Positions 12,401 through 24,067 of a stretch of 64,000 bases of DNA are shown here, piece by piece. The notes beneath the pieces were generated by a model. The model was given only the letters and a program-made list of their open reading frames with translations, did not search any database and was not told the DNA's origin. Numbering within the stretch: the first letter of the stretch is position 1; every line of letters starts with the position of its first letter. A program made the translations under genes and the position numbers. The stretch is from Macrostomum lignano (taxonomy: Eukaryota): NCBI GenBank assembly GCA_002269645.1, contig NIVC01003824.1, positions 1 to 64,000 of the forward strand. Direction: 5' to 3'.

Positions 12401-15400
12401 CGGCGGGGGATTCCCGCCCCTCCCACCAATGTCGTGTGCACGCGGTTAGTGTTGGGGGAACCCCGATGCTGACGCAGCCCTGTACAGTGAGCATGCAGGC
12501 CTCGGTGTACCAAGAGGCAGGGACAGAGGGGTACACTGAGTGCGCGGAGAGCCACCATCCCCCTGTAGCTGGGGACAGAAAACAGGCGGCCCCCTGTAGC
12601 AGGATGCGGGGGACAGGGAGCAGCCCTGTCGGAGGGGAACAGAGAGTGCGTGGAGGCAGTAAGGGATAGCTGCCCTGATATTCTTAACTAGGCCCCAACT
12701 ACAGGCTGTAAGTTCGCCTCTCCGCACCGCGGCCCCCGAATCCATCCCGTGTAATCGGCTAGCTCAACAACTGAACTTTATCCAGTTAATAAACAACGAA
12801 TCTGAATAACCCATATTTATTCTTCGATCAATATGAGCTAGCCTAGCGTTATCTTGAATATTTGGCCCGCGGGGCGTAAAATAACCAGTTCTCGATCGAC
12901 TCCGAGGCAAGTTCTGAGAATCTAACGGTCCGTAATACGTTAATTACGGTGATGGCAGCTCGTATGCTACTCATAGTAAGCTTTAAAGCTAATGGACGTA
13001 CATTGAATACGGTGTATGAGCCTGAACCACCGCGCCAAAGTAATGACCGCTTTGACTACGACTTCAACTACTCCCCCCTGGAATTGAGGACCCCGGCAGA
13101 CGGAGTAACCCGGTGGAAATAACGAGATTCGACTACCCGATTTCCCGGCTTTGAAATGCGAACTCAACGCAGGCGGCAGTTCAAAATACTAAATCGCACC
13201 ACCTCGAGCTCGCTCTTTGCTGGCAACTTTGCTCTCGCTCGGTGTAAACCTAGGTACAGTACAGAGAGACTATAGCGCTGCCTGCCGCCGTTTTCCCATT
13301 ACTTTTCTCCGCCCCCACCTCATATATAACAATGTTGCCGAAATGGCGAAACTTACATCAGTTATTGCCAAAGGTTATCTGAAATCTGTCGCCAAAACGG
13401 CAAAACCAACAGGGACAGCAATTTGAACCATGTAAACCATGTAAACAGTTACATGTAGCACGTAGCACTAATTTATTTTATTATAGGCCTGAGTTTACCC
13501 TTTTGAAAGGGGTGAGTCATGAGTGTAAAAGGGAACTGGCGTCACGAGTCCCACTGACTGTCCCTCTAGGCCTAGCGATTAGCATATTTTATATTTGTCA
13601 CCACGCTTCACTGCAGATGGTGCCAAAAATAGATGTATAGGCCTAGGTCTATAGATAGATGTTTTAAAATCTTTTGCTATTAAACTATTAGTGGGGGTAA
13701 AGTTGAACAAATGCTTTTCTATCTGGAACAAAAGTGTGGGTCATAATTTTATACCAATTTGCAATTTATCATTGGCAATGGCTTCTTATGACATAAGTTA
13801 TGTATTGTTGTGCATGGCTTAAGCTATAGAAATAGGGCCTATAGTAGGCCTGTACAGTACAATGCTCTTAAGTTATATTATAGACTAATATTAATAAGCC
13901 TAGGTCTAAGATGTATGTAAGGGCCTAGGCCCTAGTTTGCATATTATTCTTAGTCTTATTAGTATAGGCCTAACTTTACAAAAAGTTATATTTTTGACTC
14001 AACTTTTAAACATTTTTATACTATTATTTTTTGTTTATCATTATTAGTAAAATATTTCTATATACCCAATCCCCAATAATAATATTATGCTCTAATTCCT
14101 AATAATTGCACCATTGTTGCCAAGTTGTCTTGTCTTATACCTTGGTTTTAATTTCTAATGTGATACCTTGATTTCTAATAAGAATTGCCTGCTGAGATTT
14201 GCCTATAATGCAATTTGCCCACAAATAAATTGTCTGCCAAGGTTTGTCCACAATGCTATTTTCTTGCAATAGATTTCCATGCAGTAGATTTTGTTTATAT
14301 TGCTTCCCTAATGTTTAGTAAGTCTTAATAAAGAGATTTACCCAATCAAAACATTTAGGTAATAACTGCATATCAAATGCATATTTTTAGAGAGGGGCAA
14401 TACAAATAGAATCTAGCTGAAAAATATGCTATAGCTAAAAGTATTATAGGCAAACCTCAGTGAGAAACATCTTGGCAGGCAATTAATTCACTTGCAGGAA
14501 AATTGCATTGCAAAAATATCTCTATAGCCAATTTGTTCATAGGCAAAATGTATTGCAGGCAAATCTTGGCAAGAAAAGCTTAGTAAGCAAATCTCAATGG
14601 GCAAATCTTTTGCGAACAATTTGTGTGTAAGTAATTCTCATAGACCTAGGATATAGGCCTACATTCTAAAAAAGATAAATTATTGCAATGTGTAATTTTT
14701 TATTCATCAAAGTTTTAAAGTTTTTGTAAGCATAAGTTGGTGTGCAAAAAATTTACCTGAGCTTAAAGTGGTATGCCAAGATAATACATTGGTATGCCAA
14801 AATCTTTAGAATAGAAATTTCTAGTGTACTAGTAACCTTGAAAAGTGTGGGCCAAGCTAAGGTAAGTTGCAATAATGCCCACCCCAAAAATAGACATAGT
14901 ATACTAAGTAAATGATAAGGCATTTTGTCTTAATAATAGTCTTATTTATTCCCACCATTTACCCAAAATTATGTTAATTTTGCTTAAGGTTTCTTTTATA
15001 GGTAAGAATTTTTGGTCAAAAAGTAATTATTTCCTTGCTTGTTCTCCTTTATCCCTTGTCTAATTTTTATTGTTTTTTTCCAAACCCAGTTTTCTAATGC
15101 CATTATAAGTAGAATAGCATATTATTTGTCTGATTGCTCTTAGAGCCATAATCATGCAAATTGTAAAGGCATGCTATAAACTATTAGACCTCTTTTTGCA
15201 TAAATTATTAAGTTTTGGTTATTCACAATTATAAATCATTTTTCATTGCTTGGTTTTACCTACCATTAATGACTTGGTTGCTTCTTTGATGCAATGAGCT
15301 TCAAAGCTTTGTTTATACAGTATTATATAGTGTAAAATGCTTAGCTAATGATTGAAATATTTATATATCAACTTTGTTATTCCTAAGTATTTTGAATCTC

Positions 15401-15722
15401 AAAACCAAGTCTATTTTCTATTATTTGCTCTTGTGAACTTGCAATGTGTAGAGTATGGCAATAGCTAGGAGATAAATTTTAATAGTGTAAAGAGTTGTCT
15501 AAACCGGATTATTTCATGGTGAAAAGACCCCTGTTTCCACTGCAAATGCATTGACAGCAACTCCTGACATGTGCCTAATGTGTGCAATATGCATGTTTAT
15601 TAGTCATGGAACTTGTCAGAAAAATTATGCTAGAAGTGAAAAATAGCACAATCCCTTGTGCCAAACACTTGGGGTCACTTCTTATTCTTTAGAGTGTTCT
15701 TTTACTGCATCTTCCAGCTCAG

Positions 15723-17912
15723 ATGCCTCTGTTAGGCATACCCAGTCTGTTGTCACCTGAACTGCTCAAGTGCCTAGCAGAGATGGGCCATGGCGACACA
15801 CTGGTACTGGCTGATGCCCATTTTCCTAGCCACAGCATTGCCCAGAAGGCCGGCTGTTCTGTCATTCGCTATGACGGTGTCGAAATGCCTCAACTATTGG
15901 AAGCCATCATGTCTGTGCTGCCTATTGATACCTATATTGAGAGTCCCATTGCACTCATGCAGGTTCGTTGCTTGCTTGGTGGTTATGTTGAGCCTGAGGG
16001 AGACTGGCAAAGTATGCGCGGGGAGACGGAGAGGGTGGGGAGATGGAGAGGGGTGAGAAGACGGAGAGGGGTGAGAAGACGGAGAGGGGTGAGGAGACGA
16101 AGAGGGATGGGAAGACGCAGAGGGGTGGGAAGATGGAGAGGGATAGAGGGATGGGAAGACAGAGAGGGGTGGGGAGATGGAAAGGGGGAGGGGGATGGAG
16201 AGGGGTGACAAGACGGAGAGGGATGGGGAGATGGAGAGGGGTGGGGAGATGGAGAGGGGTGGGGAGCTGGAGAGGGGTGGAGAGACGTTGAGGGGTGGGG
16301 AGTCGGAGAGGGTGGGAAGATGGAGAGGGATGGGAAGACGCAGAGGGGTGGGAAGATGGAGAGGGATGGAGAGACGGAGAGGGATGGGGAGACGGAGAGG
16401 GATGGGGAGATGGAGAGGGATGGGGAGACGGAGAGGGGTGGGGAGACGGAGAGGGATGGGGAGATGGAGAGGGGTGGGGAGATGGAGAGGGATGGGGAGA
16501 CGGAGAGGGGTGGGGAGATGGAAAGGGGTGAGAAGACGGAGAGGGGTGGGGAGACGGAGAGGGGTGGGGAGATGTAGAGGGATGGGGAGCTGGAGAGGGG
16601 TGGGGAGATGGAGAGGGATGGGGAGATGGAGAGGGATGGGGAGACGGAGAGGGGTGGGGAGATGGAAAGGGGTGAGAAGACGGAGAGGGATGGGGAGATG
16701 GAGAGGGATGGGGAGATGGAGAGGGATGGGGAGACGGAGAGGGGTGGGGAGATGGAAAGGGGTGAGAAGACGGAGAGGGGTGGGGAGACGGAGAGGGGTG
16801 GGGAGATGGAGAGGGATGGGGAGCTGGAGAGGGGTGGGGAGATGGAAAGGGGTGGGGAGCTGGAGAGGGATGGGAAGACGGATAGGGGTGGGGAGATGGA
16901 GAGGGGTGGGGAGATTGAGAGGGATGGGGAGCTGGAGAGGGGTGGGGAGATGGAAAGGGGTGAGAAGACGAAGAAGGATGGGGAGACGGAGAGGGGTGGG
17001 GAGATGGAAAGGGGTGAGAAGACGGAGAGGGATGGGGAGATGGAGAGGGATGGGGAGATGGAGAGGGATGGGGAGACGGAGAGGGGTGGGGAGATGGAAA
17101 GGGGTGAGAAGACGGAGAGGGAATCAGGGATGGGGAGACGGAGAGGGGTGGGGAGATGGAAAGGGGTGAGAAGACGGAGAGGGATGGGGAGATGGAGAGG
17201 GGTGGGGAGATGGAGAGGGATGGGGAGATGGAGAGGGATGGGGAGACGGAGAGGGGTGGGGAGATGGAAAGGGGTGAGAAGACGGAGAGGGATGGAGAGA
17301 CGGAGAGGGGTGGGGAGATGGAGAGGGATGGGGAGCTGGAGAGGGGTGGGGAGATGGAAAGGGGTGGGGAGCTGGAGAGGGATGGGAAGACGGATAGGGG
17401 TGGGGAGATGGAGAGGGATGGGAAGACGGAGAGGGGTGGGAAGATGGAGAGGGGTGGGGAGCTGGAGAGGGGTGGGAGATGGAAAGGGGTGGGGAGATGG
17501 AAAGGGGTGGAGAGATGAAAAGGGGTGGGGAGACAGGGCTGGGGAGATTGAGAGGGTGGGGAGACGGAGATGGGTGGAGAGACGTTGAGGGGTGGGGAGT
17601 CGGAGAGGGTGGGAACTACATTTAGAACGGCTGTGGTGAGACAGTATGTGGAGGCATTAAGCATAATATTTGAATTGGCAGGTTGAGCCATCAGACGCTG
17701 ACAAATTCAGTCCCAACCCGCCAATCTGGTCGGACTATGCAAAAGTGCACCCGCACTTTAGCTTATTGACCAGCAGCAGCGGCAAAAGTCGGGTGCAACT
17801 ATTGCCTCGCGAACAGTTTTACAGAGCAGCGGAGAGGGCCTACTGTGTTGTCCATACGGGGGAGCTGGCCCAGTATGCTAACATCATTATCACCAAAGGC
17901 GTTGCTATTTGA
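15723..17912 (+). CDS. FUOM: L-fucose mutarotase (RbsD/FucU family); exons 15723-15962, 17682-17912
   Basis: [26 protein letters not shown] and [29 protein letters not shown] signature segments; phase-0 junction CAG|gttcg ... ggcag|GTT. Confidence 0.93.
16020..17615. repeat. purine/G-rich 18-bp minisatellite (GGGGAGATGGAGAGGGGT-like) filling the FUOM intron
   Basis: period 18 visible; generates the PSPHPS, RRGVG and MERGG pseudo-ORFs. Confidence 0.95.
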
Positions 17913-18469
17913 AATTTAATCTAAGTCTGTTTAGCTATCGTAAAGTTCTACTACATTGCAATAATTGTTAAAATGCTCAGCTGGAGTTTATAAAGTTAAC
18001 ATGTGCACAAATCGAGAATAATAATATTTTCTACCGGTTCTAGTTTTTTCATTTTTTGTTGTACTTTTCTATCGACAAATTTACACTCTAAGCTAGATAA
18101 TTAGTGCTTTTACTGTACCTATTTATCACCAATATAGGCAATATTATTATATATTTTTATACAAATTAAACTGGTAACATTCTATATGATTAAGCATTGT
18201 ATATTAATGCAGTTTGACTTTGGTTTTAAATTTCTAAGAATTTCTGCATTTGAATAGGCGCCATTTGATTTCTAGTTTCCAACAAAGGTACCACAGGGAA
18301 GCTCAGCCATGCATTAATCATAGAATTGTTAAAATTGTAGTTTTACCACATTCAATAGAATGAATTGTGGCCAAGGTAATCTACCTGTAGGAAAGACCAT
18401 CTAGATCAGGGTTGGCAGACTTTTTACCTCAAGGGCCAGATCGAGAACCTGGCGCATGACTGTGGGCCA

Positions 18470-18648
18470 GAGGAAGGGAGAGAGGAGAGAGAATAGAGAA
18501 GAGAAATAGGAGAAAGGAGAGAGAAGGGAAAGGAGGAAGAAAATAGAGGAAAAGGAGGAGAAAGGAAAGAGGAGGGAAAAGAGAGGAGAAGGGAGATGAC
18601 AGGAGAGATAAGAAGAGAGGTGAGAGAAGAAAACTGAGAAGAGACACA
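18470..18648. repeat. GA-rich low-complexity tract
   Basis: almost pure A/G between FUOM and G6PC. Confidence 0.85.
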
Positions 18649-18803
18649 AACCTTGAGCAGGCAGGACTGGTTGTACACCCTGTGTGAGCGTGTGTCTGTT
18701 CAGGGGTCAGGGGAGTGCTCATTACTGTTTGCCGGCAGTACCAACTGCCCTAATTAGGCAAAAGATTCGCTAAAACCAAGCCGAATAATTAACCTTGCTG
18801 GAG

Positions 18804-19931
18804 TCTGTATTCGATTCGCTTCATCTGTCCGGCGCTCGAGCCGTCTCGGGCCTACAGACCGGCTTGATGCCGCTGGCCCAGCCTCTAATGCTGCTATCTG
18901 ATTTTGGGCATCCCGTCAGCGCATTTATAATTGCTTTCCCATTGTGCTACGCATTGAACTCGCACCTGGGCCTCACGGTATTGTGGTCGGCCGCTTTCTC
19001 CGAGTGGCTCAATGGCTTGTTAAAATGGGCTCTGCACGGAGAGCGGCCCTATTGGTGGGTTGGCGAGCGGCTGCGCCAAGTGAATCTCACTCTGGCCCAG
19101 TTTCCTCAGACCTGCGAGACTGGCCCGGGGTCTCCGTCCGGTCACTGCATGGTGGCAGCGGCCTCCTGGTACATCCCTGTGCTGTACGCCAGCCAGAGCT
19201 TGCCAACCAAGTCCAGGTTGGCTGTCAGATACGCCTACTTTGCTGGCATCACCGCCCTGGGCGTGTCGCGCTGTTTCTTAGCAACTCACTTTCCGCATCA
19301 GGCTGTTGGCGGAGTGATCACCGGCTGTCTGCTGTCAATTGTGGCCGTGAAAATGGGTAGCCAGATACTTCGCCCGTTTGCTCTGCTATTGTTGGCCTTC
19401 CTAATGTTCAGCAGCTCCCTGGGTGTTAGTCACTGTCTGCGTCAGCTGGGCCTCGATCCCGACTGGTCCATCCGGCTGGCCGAACGGCACTGCGCCAGCT
19501 CGGAGTGGGTTAGCATTGACACTACGCCGCTATTCAGCATCCACCGCGATATTGGTGCCATCCTTGGCGCCGCTTTCTCCAGCTTCCTGGCCAGCCTGCT
19601 GCCTGTTCCGGCTCCTAGTAGAACCGTGACTAAGTGCTTCGCAGGATTCTTGTCAATGTGCGCCTGCGTATTGTTGGAGAAGCGATTCCAGCCGAAGCCA
19701 GGCTTCTCCGATCTACAGACTTATCTGTTTGCCGCATTCAAGTACGCCCTGATGCCGCTGATTGTCACTATTGTGCTGCCGGTGCTGGCAGCCAAGCTGG
19801 ACTCGCGTCGGCTGGCTAGCGCAGGCCGCGGCAGTCACCACGCCGTCAGGCCACACGCTGCCAGACACGGTACCGCCACGGCTGCTGCCAAACCTGCCGG
19901 TAAACGGTCCGCTGCTAAGAAGGAGCGCTAG
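18804..19931 (+). CDS. G6PC: glucose-6-phosphatase catalytic subunit (PAP2 family), single coding exon, start codon not genomically evident
   Basis: KWALHGERPYWW, TCETGPGSPSGH and SRCFLATHFPHQ catalytic motifs; multiple TM segments; C-terminal KKER fits a KKxx ER-retrieval signal. Confidence 0.93.
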   Translation, partial: SVFDSLHLSGARAVSGLQTGLMPLAQPLMLLSDFGHPVSAFIIAFPLCYALNSHLGLTVLWSAAFSEWLNGLLKWALHGERPYWWVGERLRQVNLTLAQFPQTCETGPGSPSGHCMVAAASWYIPVLYASQSLPTKSRLAVRYAYFAGITALGVSRCFLATHFPHQAVGGVITGCLLSIVAVKMGSQILRPFALLLLAFLMFSSSLGVSHCLRQLGLDPDWSIRLAERHCASSEWVSIDTTPLFSIHRDIGAILGAAFSSFLASLLPVPAPSRTVTKCFAGFLSMCACVLLEKRFQPKPGFSDLQTYLFAAFKYALMPLIVTIVLPVLAAKLDSRRLASAGRGSHHAVRPHAARHGTATAAAKPAGKRSAAKKER

Positions 19932-20005
19932 ATCGATTGTTGAATGCCTGGCGATCATTTATTAGAGCTCCTGCTTGCCTTGGCCTATAGTGAGACTCTT
20001 AGTGC

Positions 20006-20587
20006 CACATCTAATCCTGACTGTCAGACACATCTAAGCCTGACTGTCGGACACATCTAAGCCTGACTGTCAGACACATCTAAGCCTGACTGTCAGACAC
20101 ATCTAAGCCTGACTGTCAGACACATCTAAGCCTGACTGTCAGACACATCTAAGGCTGACTGTCAGACACATCTAAGGCTGACTGTCAGACACATCTAAGC
20201 CTGACTGTCAGACACATCTAAGCCTGACTGTCAGACACATCTAAGCCTGACTGTCAGACACATCTAAGCCTGACTGTCAGACACATCTAAGCCTGACTGT
20301 CAGACACATCTAAGCCTGACTGTCAGACACATCTAAGCCTGACTGTCAGACACATCTAAGCCTGACTGTCAGACACATCTAAGCCTGACTGTCAGACACA
20401 TCTAAGCCTGACTGTCAGACACATCTAAGCCTGACTGTCAGACACATCTAAGCCTGACTGTCAGACACATCTAAGCCTGACTGTCAGACACATCTAAGCC
20501 TGACTGTCAGACACATCTAAGCCTGACTGTCAGACACATCTAAGCCTGACTGTCAGACACATCTAAGCCTGACTGTCAGATATCTAA
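20006..20587. repeat. 23-bp minisatellite (CTGACTGTCAGACACATCTAAGC)n, ~25 copies
   Basis: near-perfect tandem array starting ~75 bp after the G6PC stop. Confidence 0.97.
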
Positions 20588-21063
20588 TGTCAATTGCCAG
20601 GATGTCAGCCATTTCTATCTGTGACTGTCAGATATATTTGCGCCTCTGCTCTCTCTAAGTGGTTTTTTCATTGTTTCCTTCAAAAACTCAAAATCTCAAT
20701 TATCATATAGGTTTTAGTTTAAATTTAATTTTTTCCGAGTTGCAGTGTGAAATTTTGTTTTACTGATGTATGTCTAATTGTCTGAGCAAACGGACCGTTT
20801 TTATACTGCTTTTAATTAATTTGCTTGTTTTGATAAATCAGACAATTTGTTAGTACATATAGTACTTTCATATTTGTTAGCTAACTTCAAATTGATGTTA
20901 CATTTAGCTTTAAGAATAATGTATCCTTAATTGCCTTAATTTTCTTAGTATCTTTCGTTTAAATAGTTAATTTACGAGTATCCATAGATCTAAGAGTTGA
21001 TAGACATTGATAAATAGATATAACTTCTGTGCAAGATGTACTACTTGTGTACACTCAGCAACC

Positions 21064-21355
21064 CATGGATGAATAATATAACTGGATCGCCAGAAGCTTG
21101 GTTTTTTGGTCCTAGCCATTGACAAGCACCAGCATCACAAGAAGCTCAGAATGCCGTACTTTCACACAGACAAATAGCCGCTGCAGAAGCTGCAAACCTT
21201 TATTTATAAGTATTCTATTTTATGTCCAAGCACATGCTCGCAATATATGCAGGGTGAAAGTACGGCATTCTGAGCTTCTTGTGATGCTGGTGCTTGTCAA
21301 TGGCTGGGACCAGGAAACCAGGCTTCTGGCGATCCAGTTATATTATTCATCCATG
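21064..21355. mobile_element. MITE with ~100-bp TIRs and 8-bp TSD (hAT-like)
   Basis: CATGGATGAATAATATAACTGGATCGCCAGAAGC... mirrored at the right end; CAGCAACC at 21056-21063 and 21356-21363. Confidence 0.92.
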
Positions 21356-21824
21356 CAGCAACCAGGTTAAAAGAATTCTACCCGAAACCAGTTTTCTCGT
21401 AACTCTGCCACTGTCTCCTCAACAGCCTAAGCTGGGGCTTTGTGACGACACAGTTGCGATGACAAAGTGAATTTTGTCAACTGGGGATAATTTGACTACT
21501 GGTTTCGGGGTGAAAACTTGTGTGTTTTTAAATCTGTGTACTTTATCGAATTTTTTAAAGTTACCTTTGCTTTATTTGAAGTCCATGTTAGCTATTTGAT
21601 TGTATGTAGCAACCTTTCTTCTTGATTTCTCTCTCTCCACTGGACCATTTTTTAGCGTATGCATTTCTTGTTGCTTGCCCGCTAAAAGATTTGGCTGCTT
21701 CTTTGCGTGACTCGGGCTAGGATCCGCGATGCTTGCAGAAAATGAACTAAAAAAGCAGTCGTAGCTATTTGTGATGATTCTTTACTGGGAAACGGCACTA
21801 AGGAAGCTAGATGAAAACCGTACC

Positions 21825-22382
21825 TACTAGACCAAGTCGCCTCAGAGTTGTTTTATAGTCGCTGCAGGTAACGCAGGTTAAATAGGAAAGAAATGGACTC
21901 GAGACAACTGTAAAAAAGCCGAAATGTCACGGTACGAGTACAAGGCGCAAAAAATGTCATCAAAGAGTCGCCTAGAAGAGTCAATTTGAGGCCTTTTATT
22001 GTCTGCGACTCTGAAACGACTCTGGGGCCGTAGAGTCATATTGAGACATGCCATAGTCGCTGTAGAATCACTGAGTTGCGTCTAGAGGGCATTTGCGTCA
22101 CTTTATGCATTAGAACCGCATTTCGCATTTATAACAACTCTATTTAGACTACTTGAGTCAGTAGAAAGTTAAGCGCTAACACAGACGACTTTTGGACGAC
22201 TTTTTCACGACTCTCATGATTCTATAACTCACGTGATGGGCTCTTGTGACTCATCAGTCGCCTCTCCGTCGCATTGAAGTCGTTTGAGTCGTTAAAAAGT
22301 AAGAGTCGCCCCAGAGTCGTTTGAGTCACTATAGTGAGTTGTTTGCGATGAGATGACTCTTTGGCGATTCTTGTCACGGTAA
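21825..22382. repeat. degenerate element packed with GAGTC/GACTC(G) motifs, possible old MITE
   Basis: many dispersed AGTCG/CGACT/GAGTC motifs in both orientations; weak terminal similarity ACCGT...AAGTCGCC. Confidence 0.4.
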
Positions 22383-22630
22383 CGTTTTCAACAAAAAGCA
22401 CTCGATCGGGATGATTCTGCTCTGGGAATCAGCAGAAGAAAAATCCGAAAACCTCAGGGATTTTCGTATGATTCCAGCTACGTCAGAAGCAGAAGAAGAA
22501 GCACTTGATTTTTTAGCAAGATACCTGTCATATAACAAATAGCCTATTTGCTACCCTGTGTTAGTCTGTAAATGTTTTCCATCTAGAAGTTAAACGCTTT
22601 TTTGGACACCAATTATAGGATCGGAATAAA

Positions 22631-22987
22631 GGGGGGCCGTAGCCCAGCGGTAGCGCAGCTGCTCTGGTGTGCCGCGACCCAGGCTCGATTCCAAGTGCAG
22701 CCACATTAATTTGGGGCTGGATTGGAATCTTGGCTTGGCTCGCTTGTGCAATTAACGGCCTTGAGAGCCAACCCCCCAAGGCGCAGTGAAGTGTACATGC
22801 CTAACAATCGATAAAGTTAGGGCCGCTGTACACTCCTGTGTGAGTGTGTGCCTGCGTAACGTATCCGCGCGCTTGTATGCCTGCTCAGGGGAGTCGGCGG
22901 AATGGGCAGTAATGCCTCTCGCCGGTTGTGTGCCAATGACGCTTAAATTGCGCCAGGGTGCACACAACCCCCCTGCCTCTAAAAAAA
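22631..22987 (+). mobile_element. tRNA-derived SINE (family 2) with TSD
   Basis: A box TAGCCCAGCGG, B box GGCTCGATTCC, A7 tail; flanked by AGGATCGGA(A)TAA at 22617-22629 and 22987-22998. Confidence 0.8.
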
Positions 22988-24067
22988 GGATCGGATAACA
23001 TGTTTGAAATCCCATATTCCAGTTTTAATTGATGTTAGCTAATTTTAGCGCTGTACTGGCAATAGAGACTGAAGTTATAAATCAGAAATGTGAAATGTGA
23101 AATGCAATGACTGTTTTGCGCACACTTGGTTGCCAGCCAGAGCAATTTCACAATATGTGCCACTATAGCTATTTAGCAGGTATTAGCAAGGTACCGGTAT
23201 TTTTTGAGACTATAAAAACCCTATGGCTCTAGTCTGTATCATTGACTGCACTGCCAAATTATTGAAATACATAATGTAAACCCCGGAATTGCATCGCCCT
23301 CCTCACATGTTGCTAAGTGTATTGGTTTTAATTATTTTTTTTAATTTTAGCTGCTAAAATAACAGTGTGGATGTATGGATGGATCGGGATGACGGCCTAA
23401 GAACACAAAACGTTACACTAGCCAACTAAAATCTCGATCTTGTGAAGATAATCCACGTTGAATTAGGGAAGGGTTGTAGGCCTAGCTCTGTTGCTATAGT
23501 CAACAAGGATCCCTGTTGGGTCTTGTAGGACTTCAAGTTTTGATTTCAAAGTTATTAATAATCAGTTCTGTTCAGTTCATTGAATTAGACATTGATAGCT
23601 TTAAATCTGTATTAATTAAGCTTTGTTTAGGTCTTAGGCACTAATTTTTGTGTATCTATGCTTAATAAAGTTTACACTGAGTGCTGACATTTGACTCATT
23701 TATTTATCATTGATCCGTACCTAACTTGGTCAGCATGATTTTCTTCATTCTGTGTCTCTATTCACAGTGAGGCTTGCAATGATAGTATCTATATCCAACC
23801 TCCATTGGATAGACCAAATAGTGTGTATTCAGCTTTGCGCTGAAGCGTACAATGAGAAGCGTGTATAAATATTGATAGGCAAAGTGTCCCGTCCATTTGC
23901 TATACGTCAAGACGGACTGGAATTTAACTAAACAGCACCCGCAGTAAATTTTTTATTAACAAAACCTTTTTAAAAACATTTTATTACAGTTTAACTAACT
24001 TGTTGACCTGATAGTTGTCACGCCACAATTATAATCAATTAAAGAATAAACTATCAAGTCTTAATCA

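Noticed and set aside
15955-17691. 578-aa Pro/Ser/His extensin-like ORF and the overlapping Arg/Gly-rich ORFs
   Set aside because: Readouts of the 18-bp purine array in the FUOM intron
22631-22705. tRNA gene candidates (also at 2281 and 52330-52396)
   Set aside because: A/B boxes are present, but the acceptor stem is poor and each continues into a SINE body with tail and TSD
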